A stretch of DNA of 32,000 nucleotides from Candidatus Saccharimonadota bacterium (GTDB lineage Archaea; Micrarchaeota; Micrarchaeia; Micrarchaeales; Micrarchaeaceae): contig AP024486.1 in NCBI GenBank assembly GCA_021654395.1, forward strand, positions 390,001-422,000, given 5' to 3'. Shown here piece by piece: positions 9,611 to 17,353 of the stretch. A program made the position numbers and the translations under genes. The first letter of the stretch is position 1, and each line of letters opens with the position of its first letter. The notes under the pieces were generated by a model that saw nothing but the letters and a program-made list of their open reading frames with translations, was not told the DNA's origin and did not search any database.

Positions 9611-9631
9611 TAGCAGCAGTAAACTAGCACA
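9611..9631. repeat. 5'-flank arm of the 23S rRNA processing stem (21 nt inverted repeat)
   Basis: tagcagcagtaaactagcaca is the perfect reverse complement of 6746-6766. Confidence 0.85.
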
Positions 9632-9687
9632 TCTATCATGCATCTATATGCATGATTTCATAGAAAGCTAATAGTATATTAAAATCA

Positions 9688-9704
9688 GATATATTTAAAA
9701 AGTT
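9688..9704 (-). promoter_or_regulatory. Candidate rRNA promoter (TATA-like AACTTTTTAAATATATC on the minus strand)
   Basis: AT-rich TATA-like box about 60 nt upstream of the processing stem. It resembles other promoter-like boxes in this window. Other candidates exist nearby. Confidence 0.3.
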
Positions 9705-9849
9705 AATTTTAATCTCAAAGAGAAAGCTTTAAATATTTATCTTTATATATCTATTATTGTTAAATTTTTAAATCTTTCTTTTGGTTGTTATTATAATGTC
9801 CTCATAATATTACATATAATATTATATTAAGATAACTAATGGTGATCGT

Positions 9850-10893
9850 ATGAGCGAGGATAGAAAACCTTTAGATGAGTTCTCCGAGTCCCCTAAGAAG
9901 AAGGTTGTTGTAGATAAAAATGAGAAGAAGATCGCTTTAGAAGATGAAGAGCCAGAGGTAAAGAGCGAAGAAGAGTCAAGAAAGCCTATAGCGAATAAGT
10001 GCCCTTCATGTGGTAGCACAGATATAACATATGATATAGAGAGAGGAGAGTATGTATGTAATAACTGCGGAATGATAATAGACCAAAGCAATATAGATGC
10101 TGGTCCAGAGTGGAGAGCTTTTGATTCTGATCAGAAGGCAACAAGAACCAGAACAGGAGCACCTATGAAGCTATCAAAGTCAAACAGAGGTTTAGTAACA
10201 GAGATAGACGCATATAACAAAGATGTTAGAGGTGTAAGAATATCATCAAAGAAGCAGGCCCAGTTATATAGAATGAGAAAGTGGAATAAGAGGGCAAATA
10301 TAACAAACTCAAGCGAAAGAAACTATCTTATCGCATTACCAGAGCTGAATAGAGTTGCAAGCTATCTAGGACTGCCAGACAGCATAAGAGAGAGTGCTGC
10401 ATTGCTATATAGAAAATGCGTTAAGAACAATCTAATCAGAGGTAGACCTATAGAGGTTGTAGTACAGGCTGTCATATATGCTGCATGCAGACAGGCAGGT
10501 ATCCCTAGGACATTAGATGAGATCGCTCAGCTTTCAGGAGTTCAAAAGAAAGAGGTCGGTAGGACTTATAGAGTCATAGCCCATGCCTTAGGCTTACACA
10601 TACCTCTAACAGATCCAATGAGCTACGTGCCTAGATATGCGGCAGCGTTAAAGTTAAGCCCAGAGGCTAAAGAGAAGGCTGTAGAGATACTTAACGAAGC
10701 GATGAAGAAAGGATTAGTCTCAGGAAGAAGTCCAACAGGAGTAAGCGCTGCAGCGGTCTATATAGCAGGAGCATTAGTTGGTGAGAGAAGAACACAGAAG
10801 GAGGTAGCAAAGGTAGCAGGAGTAACAGAAGTAACTATAAGAAATAGATATAGAGAGCTGAAGGAGCAGCTAGGCTTAGATGTAAATCTATAA
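9850..10893 (+). CDS. tfb: Transcription initiation factor IIB (TFB) with a roughly 50-aa K/E-rich N-terminal extension
   Basis: Zn ribbon CPSCGS...CNNCG, B-linker and two cyclin-like repeats (ending ...VTEVTIRNRYRELKE). GGTGATC Shine-Dalgarno 5 nt upstream of ATG 9850. Confidence 0.9.
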   Translation: MSEDRKPLDEFSESPKKKVVVDKNEKKIALEDEEPEVKSEEESRKPIANKCPSCGSTDITYDIERGEYVCNNCGMIIDQSNIDAGPEWRAFDSDQKATRTRTGAPMKLSKSNRGLVTEIDAYNKDVRGVRISSKKQAQLYRMRKWNKRANITNSSERNYLIALPELNRVASYLGLPDSIRESAALLYRKCVKNNLIRGRPIEVVVQAVIYAACRQAGIPRTLDEIAQLSGVQKKEVGRTYRVIAHALGLHIPLTDPMSYVPRYAAALKLSPEAKEKAVEILNEAMKKGLVSGRSPTGVSAAAVYIAGALVGERRTQKEVAKVAGVTEVTIRNRYRELKEQLGLDVNL

Positions 10894-10917
10894 TTAGCTC
10901 ATAAGCAAGCAGATTAT

Positions 10918-11325
10918 ATGCTTTCTTATCTTTTCTTATATATTATATTTAGCTTTTTATCTCCATCTCATCAATTATATACATCAGGTCTGAACAGTAG
11001 CAACTATAGCTACGAAGAGATTGTGGCTTTATATAATATGACTCTACAGCAGCTTCAAAGACTAGATGAAAGTAGCTATCTAATCTTCTATCCTAGCATG
11101 AGCAGCATCTCTAAGATAAGATCTTATATATACTATGCAAATGTATCTATACGATCTGGAAATTATACAATAGCATATAATCTATTAGATAAAGCACAAG
11201 CCGCTATAAAAGAGGATGAAGCAAGCATATCTAAGTTTAAGGGCGTAGCATTTATAGCTATGCTTATAGTTACCATCATAATAGCTCTCATAGAGATTAG
11301 ATTTTTAAATCTTAAATATAAATAG
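10918..11325 (+). CDS. Hypothetical membrane-anchored protein with sequons
   Basis: Hydrophobic N-terminus, C-terminal TM (VAFIAMLIVTIIIALI) and five N-x-S/T sequons in 135 aa. No homology recognised. Confidence 0.45.
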   Translation: MLSYLFLYIIFSFLSPSHQLYTSGLNSSNYSYEEIVALYNMTLQQLQRLDESSYLIFYPSMSSISKIRSYIYYANVSIRSGNYTIAYNLLDKAQAAIKEDEASISKFKGVAFIAMLIVTIIIALIEIRFLNLKYK

Positions 11326-11445
11326 ATTTATTAAGATCATATACTAAGCTTTTTTATAATCTTTCAAGAGATTTTATCATTATGTAAAAGCTTTAAAAGA
11401 GGAGGCTTATATAAGTTTATTACATTCTTATACTTGGTGAGATCT

Positions 11446-12081
11446 GTGGAGGAAAGACTTAAAGAGTATCTAAAAGGTACAACGATAATAGGCGTTGTTT
11501 GTAAGGATGGTGTTATAATAGCTGCAGATTCGAGAGCCTCTATTGGTAGCTTTATAGCAAGCAGAGAGGTAAGGAAGGTGCATAAGATAGATAATACTGT
11601 TGCTATAGCAGGAGCAGGCTCTGTAGGCGATCTAGTAGATATAGTAAAGATTATTAGAGCTAATAATGAGATATATAAGATGAATGAGAATAGGCCCATG
11701 TCTCCAAATGCTGTAACAAATCTATTATCACTAATACTTCATGATAATAGATACTACCCATATCTAGTAGAGCTTATAGTTGGGGGTATAGAGTATGACG
11801 GCACACCAAAGATCTATAGTATTGATCTTCTTGGTGGCTCAATAGAAGAGTCATCATTTACATCTGCAGGCTCTGGAATGGAGCTAGCTTACGGTTATCT
11901 TGAGAAGAAGTACAAGAAGAATATCTCAACAAAAGATGCTTACAATATGGTACTTAATGCGTTATCCGTAGCAACTAGAGACTCTGGAGTTGGCGATTAT
12001 GCATTAATAGCAACTATAACAAAGGCAGGATATGTAGAGAACAGAGAGAAGCTCAAAGAGAGCTATGATAGCGAGATCTAA
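11446..12081 (+). CDS. psmB: Proteasome beta subunit
   Basis: A propeptide is followed by the active-site G|TTIIGV, then the family pattern GSVGD...LIVGG...SAGSG. The track start is TTG 11434. The GGTGAG-N6 spacing favours the in-frame GTG 11446. Confidence 0.9.
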   Translation: MEERLKEYLKGTTIIGVVCKDGVIIAADSRASIGSFIASREVRKVHKIDNTVAIAGAGSVGDLVDIVKIIRANNEIYKMNENRPMSPNAVTNLLSLILHDNRYYPYLVELIVGGIEYDGTPKIYSIDLLGGSIEESSFTSAGSGMELAYGYLEKKYKKNISTKDAYNMVLNALSVATRDSGVGDYALIATITKAGYVENREKLKESYDSEI

Positions 12082-12180
12082 ATATAAGTAAACCAGATAT
12101 TATATTAAACTCTTTTATATATTTTACTTGTTGCTATAGATAAGACCCATTATACTAACTTATGTATACAAGTGTATTTT

Positions 12181-14142
12181 ATGGATAATGATAGCAGTGC
12201 AGTTCAGAAGAATAATGATAAGAATGAAGACAGGAGTTTGGAGATAAAGCAAAAGATCTTAGAGACAATTGATAAAGATGTAGTAAGCAGCATAGAGTTT
12301 GAAGGACCATACGTAGTAATATTCATAAGAGACCCTAACTATATAGAGACGCATCAGGAGCTAATAAAGGATATAGCTGCAAAGATAAGAAGAAAGGTTA
12401 TAGTAAAGGCAGATAAAGCTCATCTAAAGGATGTAGAAGAAGCAAGAGAGCTTATTCAGCAGATAGTTCCTAAGGAAGCTGAGATAAAGAGCATAAGATT
12501 TGCTCCAGATCTACATGAGGTCTATATAGAGGCATATAAATCAGGATTGGTTATAGGTAAAAACGGCTCTACCCTTAGAGAGATCTTTGTTAAGACTGGC
12601 TGGCTTCCAAAGATCTGGAGAGTACCTTCTATACAGAGTGAGTCTATAGATGAGCTAAGGAATCTAATTATAAATGACTCTAGTAAGAGAAAGAAGTTCT
12701 TAACTCTATTAGGCAAGAATATAAATAAGGTTATACTAAAGACAGATTGGTTAAAGGTCACTGCTTTGGGTGGGTTTAGAGAGGTCGGTAGAAGCTGCTT
12801 ATTAGTAGAGACAAAGGAATCTAAGGTCATAATAGATTGTGGAATAAGCCCAGAGCCAGGAGTAATGGGTAGCTCGAGTGATGCAAGTAGAGCATTTCCT
12901 TATATAGCAGATGCAAAGATTCCAATAAATGAGATCGATGCAATAATACTTACACACGGGCATATGGATCATATGGGCTTCATACCTTATCTATATAAGT
13001 ATGGTTACGAAGGCCCTGTCTACTCAACGCTTCCAACTATAGATCTTGCTGCTCTATTGCTTAAGGATTATGTAAAGCTTGTTGCAAGATCTGGTGGTAC
13101 GCCACTATATGAAGAGAAGGATATAAGAAAGATGATAGATCATATGGTTCCTTTAGAGTATAATGAGGTTGCAACTATAACTGATGAGATAAAGCTAACC
13201 TATCATAATGCAGGTCATATAATAGGAAGTGCCTCTGCACATCTGCACATAGGGGAGGGCTTATATAATATTGTGCATACCGGCGATCTAAAGTTTGGCT
13301 ATAGTAGATTACTAGATCCTGCAGATACTGCATACACAAGAGTCGATGGTCTATTTATAGAGAGCACATATGGAGGAAATCACGATATAAATAGTAGTAA
13401 TAGAGAGCAGTCTGAGATAGAGCTGATGGAGGCAATAAAGTCGACAGTAGAGAATAACGGTAAGATACTGATACCTGTATTCTCAGTAGGTAGAGCACAA
13501 GAGATACAGCTTACACTAGAGTACTATATGACAAATAACGATAGATATAAGTTAGATGTTCCAATATATCTAGATGGCATGGTGCTTGAGGCAAACGCAA
13601 TACATACTGCTTATCCAGATTACTTAAAGAAGTCTCTAAGAAATAGGATCTTATCTAACATGTCGCCATTTGAGAGCGAGCTATTTCAGGTAATAAAAAG
13701 GGAGAGCGACAGAGTAGATGATACCAGATCAGCTATAATAATAGCAAGTGGTGGAATGCTTAACGGCGGTGCTAGCCTCCAGTACTTCAGAGATCTACTA
13801 TCAGATGAGAGAAATACTCTAATATTTGTAGGTTATAATAGTCAGAACTCTTTAGGAAGAAAGCTGCAGAATGGAGTCAGAGAGATAGCATTAGAGGATG
13901 ATGAAGGTAAGCTAAGAGAGTATAATGTAAAGATGAATATAAAGACTATAGAAGGATTTTCAGGTCATAGCGATAGAAGACAGCTGATGAACTTTATCAA
14001 GAGTATTAAGACAAGACCAAGAAGCATATTTACTATGCATGGAGAAGAGGTAAAGTGTGAGGAGTTCGCAAGAGCAATCTATCGTAGCTTTAATATAAAC
14101 GCAAGAGCCCCTATGAATCTAGACAGTATGAGGCTAAAGTAA
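12181..14142 (+). CDS. aCPSF1-type beta-CASP ribonuclease (two N-terminal KH domains plus metallo-beta-lactamase)
   Basis: KH motif VIGKNGSTLREI, MBL motif THGHMDHMG, beta-CASP region and C-terminal HGE. Archaeal aCPSF1 length. The track start is GTG 12172; ATG 12181 is likely. Confidence 0.9.
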   Translation: MDNDSSAVQKNNDKNEDRSLEIKQKILETIDKDVVSSIEFEGPYVVIFIRDPNYIETHQELIKDIAAKIRRKVIVKADKAHLKDVEEARELIQQIVPKEAEIKSIRFAPDLHEVYIEAYKSGLVIGKNGSTLREIFVKTGWLPKIWRVPSIQSESIDELRNLIINDSSKRKKFLTLLGKNINKVILKTDWLKVTALGGFREVGRSCLLVETKESKVIIDCGISPEPGVMGSSSDASRAFPYIADAKIPINEIDAIILTHGHMDHMGFIPYLYKYGYEGPVYSTLPTIDLAALLLKDYVKLVARSGGTPLYEEKDIRKMIDHMVPLEYNEVATITDEIKLTYHNAGHIIGSASAHLHIGEGLYNIVHTGDLKFGYSRLLDPADTAYTRVDGLFIESTYGGNHDINSSNREQSEIELMEAIKSTVENNGKILIPVFSVGRAQEIQLTLEYYMTNNDRYKLDVPIYLDGMVLEANAIHTAYPDYLKKSLRNRILSNMSPFESELFQVIKRESDRVDDTRSAIIIASGGMLNGGASLQYFRDLLSDERNTLIFVGYNSQNSLGRKLQNGVREIALEDDEGKLREYNVKMNIKTIEGFSGHSDRRQLMNFIKSIKTRPRSIFTMHGEEVKCEEFARAIYRSFNINARAPMNLDSMRLK

Positions 14143-14211
14143 TAATATACAATAGATATCTGTCGTTATCTCTAAAAAGAGATATAAATATTAAAGCTTA
14201 TCATTGAGCTT

Positions 14212-15549
14212 ATGACCACAGTAAATAAGGAAAATAGCGCTTCAGATTCTTACGAGCTTATAGGTATAAGTAAAGATGAGTTAATAGGAATCTCTACTCA
14301 GCTGGCAAAGAAGCTTGCTAGTAATATAGAAGATAACGGATATGTGGTAGCATCTACTAGATATGACCACTACAAGAAGCATTGGCTAAGAGACTCCTCA
14401 TTTATAGCTATAAGCTTAATGCTCTATGTAGGATATATAGATAATGATAAAGAAGCACTAGATAAAGCTTTATCTATACTATCTTTTAATATGAGCGTAA
14501 TTGAGAAGAGCATGAATAGGATAATAGATGCTGTAGATACTCCATTAGAGAATAAGGACTTCTTCAAGCTTGCTATACCTGCAAGAGTAGATCGTAATGC
14601 ATCATTGGCTCAAGTAGATGCAGATGAGCTTAATAAGCTGCATAGCTGGCTGCATCAGTATGATTCACTGCCTCTCTTTATTATAAGCTCTTTTATTGCT
14701 AAGAGAATAGCAGATAAAGATGGTATTAAGGATGAGCGATTAGATAGAGTTATAAGCTACATAAAGGATAACACAGAGCTATTCTCTAAGTACCTAGGTA
14801 AGATATATAGAACAGAGTGCTCCAGCGAATGGGAGATAGAGCAGGATTCTATACATGCTTATGATCTCTTAGTTATAGAGCTATCTAGGAGAGTATTGAT
14901 AGAGCTAGATGGCAATAAGAAAGACATTATAGAGCGATCTTTTATAGGAGTAGATAATAGTAATAGAGATGCAGATACAAGCACTCCTATAGAGTTCTTA
15001 AAGAAGTTCTTGTTGTTTAATGGAAAGATAATAAGAAGGAAGAGAGCATTTAAGGATCTAGACCCTAGCGAAGGCGTTGACTCAGGCTTAATACTGCCAT
15101 TATACCTAGCAGATCTATTAGATATAGATCTTAAAGAGATAAAGGAGGAGCTTGATAGCTCATTAAGAGAGATAATAGATAACATTAAAGAGAATCTAGA
15201 GAAGGCTGGAGTGCCACTTCCAAATAGATTTAAAGGAGATACTTACTTTCATGGAGGCGCTTGGGTTTTACTGGGCTGCTATACTGCTGCTTATATAGTT
15301 AGTAATCCTGAGCTCAGAGATTACGATGATCTGACATATAAGATATTTAACTATGTATATAGAATATGGAACGAGCTAGGAGAGCTACCAGAGCAGATAG
15401 CTGATCCTAGAATAAATGCCTCAAGCTATGACCCCGAAAGGTATCTTGAAAGATTTGGACAGCCACCTCAAGATCTCTTATGGTCCTCAGCATCATTCTT
15501 ATCATTAGCTATAGCTCTTTATGCAAGAGATAAGCAGATAAGAGTATGA
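14212..15549 (+). CDS. GH15 (glucoamylase/trehalase-like) catalytic (alpha/alpha)6 domain protein
   Basis: HWLRDSSF, SEWEIEQD (acid-like), HGGAWVLL and LPEQI (base-like) motifs. At 445 aa it apparently lacks the N-terminal beta-sandwich domain. Confidence 0.7.
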   Translation: MTTVNKENSASDSYELIGISKDELIGISTQLAKKLASNIEDNGYVVASTRYDHYKKHWLRDSSFIAISLMLYVGYIDNDKEALDKALSILSFNMSVIEKSMNRIIDAVDTPLENKDFFKLAIPARVDRNASLAQVDADELNKLHSWLHQYDSLPLFIISSFIAKRIADKDGIKDERLDRVISYIKDNTELFSKYLGKIYRTECSSEWEIEQDSIHAYDLLVIELSRRVLIELDGNKKDIIERSFIGVDNSNRDADTSTPIEFLKKFLLFNGKIIRRKRAFKDLDPSEGVDSGLILPLYLADLLDIDLKEIKEELDSSLREIIDNIKENLEKAGVPLPNRFKGDTYFHGGAWVLLGCYTAAYIVSNPELRDYDDLTYKIFNYVYRIWNELGELPEQIADPRINASSYDPERYLERFGQPPQDLLWSSASFLSLAIALYARDKQIRV

Positions 15550-15552
15550 TAG

Positions 15553-16434
15553 CTATAGTATAAGTATTATTATATTGCCATATACTATGCCAAATGCTAA
15601 TCCAATCAGTATGGCCACGCTGAAAGGTACGCCATTTACATATACTGGTAGCTCCTCTTGAAGATTTAATCTCTCTCTTAGCTTACGGACATCTGAGCTT
15701 GTTATAGCTCTACCTATCTTTAGGCTATCAAGCTCATTCATCTTCTCCTTGCTAATATGATCTATAGCCAATACGTCTCCTTCCTTTATATCTATTACTC
15801 TCTTATGTCTTATAAATAGCTTCTCTATATATACCTCAAGCTTCCTTAAGATTATAGCAGATATAAATATAATGCTCATTATTACAGTTGAGATAATTCC
15901 TATACCAGAGAATGTAGCTACAAAGAGAAATAGTATGTAAGAGAGTAATAATGCCAGATCAATATAATCTGGCTTAATAGAGCGTGCTAATGAGCTAAAT
16001 CCAAATCTTCTAACAGCTAAAGGAAGATAAAAGATTAATGTAAGTATTATCCCAAAGAATCCAGAGTTGATTATTATAGTTAATGCAAATGGGAGTACTC
16101 CATTTATACCATATATCCAGTATGGTAGATTAAAATCCAGAGGCTTAATGAATGGCAGTAATGCAGATAAGGTTGCTATCTCAAATATATCTCCATCTCC
16201 TATAAGTGCAGTCCTAGATAAAGGATAGCCTAAAGCGATAAGCAATGCAACTATAAGAAGATCTATTATAAATATACTAGCATCAGTATAATAACTTAAG
16301 AATGCTATAGCTATAGAGAGGATAAATATTATATATGCGAATATGCTTGGTATCTCTCTCTTGTTGAAAACATCAAATAGAGCATACACTGCAGCAAATA
16401 TTAAAGCAGCTATATATGCTATATGTATAGGCAT
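15553..16434 (-). CDS. A24-family archaeal prepilin/preflagellin peptidase (FlaK/PibD-like)
   Basis: Polytopic membrane protein with the two aspartyl motifs: YALFDVFNKREIP and LIGDGDIFE (GxGD). Confidence 0.75.
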   Translation of the reverse strand: MPIHIAYIAALIFAAVYALFDVFNKREIPSIFAYIIFILSIAIAFLSYYTDASIFIIDLLIVALLIALGYPLSRTALIGDGDIFEIATLSALLPFIKPLDFNLPYWIYGINGVLPFALTIIINSGFFGIILTLIFYLPLAVRRFGFSSLARSIKPDYIDLALLLSYILFLFVATFSGIGIISTVIMSIIFISAIILRKLEVYIEKLFIRHKRVIDIKEGDVLAIDHISKEKMNELDSLKIGRAITSSDVRKLRERLNLQEELPVYVNGVPFSVAILIGLAFGIVYGNIIILIL

Positions 16435-16443
16435 AACGATCTA

Positions 16444-17343
16444 TTATCTTTCAGTTATTACCTTACATGAATCTTTCTCTACAATAACTGTGGCCTCTGA
16501 CTGCGCAACTAATCCTCTCTTCCTCTCTATTAAGCCCGGATGCGGCTCAAGATTGCCATTTATGACTAAGCTTCTAATAGCTAGATACAGTCTGCTTATA
16601 TCATTATGCTTATCATAGAGCCATCTTACAGCAAATGGATGATCTGGATAGCTATCTGCTATATCCTTTAATAAGGCTCTTGCATAGCTGTCTCTTACTG
16701 GCTTTAAATCATAAAGAGAGTATATCTCTGTATAAGAGTCCTCATTAACATAGCCTGCTCCTCTATGATCTGTTGCAAATGGCTCTATCGCAATAACATC
16801 TCCTTCCTTTAGCTTATAAGTCTCTCCATTATCATAGTTAGGTATAAAGATATCTCCATGAAGCGCCGAACGCTCAACTGAGTGACCTCCAAGATTGTAG
16901 ATCGGAATGAAGCCCTTGCTCTTTATAGTTCTCTCTATCTCCTTACCAATATCCTTTACAGCGACGTTATCCTTTATAATAGCTATAGCATTACTTAATG
17001 CTTCCTCTGTAGCCTCAATAAGCTTAGAGTTGGAGCTGTCTAGATTAATAGTTAATGCACAGTCCCCAAAGTAGCTCTCCTTTGCAGCTCCAAGATCAAT
17101 CTTAATAACATCGGACGCCTTTATCTCGTAATCTAGATCGTATCTTGGCGTATAATGCGCTGCCTGCTCATTTATAGATATATTGACAGGAAAGGCGATA
17201 TCGAATCCCTTTGATCTTATATATCTCTCTATGCTATCTGCTATCTCCTTTAATGAAGCTCCTTCCTTAACAACGGTCTTAGCATACTTTAATGCATCGC
17301 CAGATATCTTTCCAACAGATTCTATTATCTCCCTATCTTCCAT
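16444..17343 (-). CDS. map: Methionine aminopeptidase, type 2 (archaeal)
   Basis: Pita-bread fold motifs (KIDLGA, GHSVER, AIEPF, QSEATV) with an inserted helical domain. GGTG-N6-ATG supports ATG 17343 over the track GTG 17352. Confidence 0.9.
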   Translation of the reverse strand: MEDREIIESVGKISGDALKYAKTVVKEGASLKEIADSIERYIRSKGFDIAFPVNISINEQAAHYTPRYDLDYEIKASDVIKIDLGAAKESYFGDCALTINLDSSNSKLIEATEEALSNAIAIIKDNVAVKDIGKEIERTIKSKGFIPIYNLGGHSVERSALHGDIFIPNYDNGETYKLKEGDVIAIEPFATDHRGAGYVNEDSYTEIYSLYDLKPVRDSYARALLKDIADSYPDHPFAVRWLYDKHNDISRLYLAIRSLVINGNLEPHPGLIERKRGLVAQSEATVIVEKDSCKVITER

Positions 17344-17353
17344 TAGATACACC

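Noticed and set aside
6746-9631. A canonical bulge-helix-bulge splicing-endonuclease motif in the 23S flanking helix.
   Set aside because: The 21 bp are uninterrupted, and the inward continuation shows only an asymmetric loop and mismatches by eye. I cannot place 3-nt bulges 4 bp apart without a folding program.
9632-9849. The AT-rich 218-bp spacer as a replication origin.
   Set aside because: There is no orc1/cdc6 gene nearby and no recognisable ORB-type repeats. The length is explained by the rRNA leader and promoter plus the tfb promoter and leader.
14167-14184. A small hairpin tatctct-aaaa-agagata after aCPSF1 as a terminator.
   Set aside because: It is only 7 AT-rich bp with no following T-run, and archaeal termination does not require hairpins. 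It is probably a chance palindrome overlapping the GH15 promoter region.
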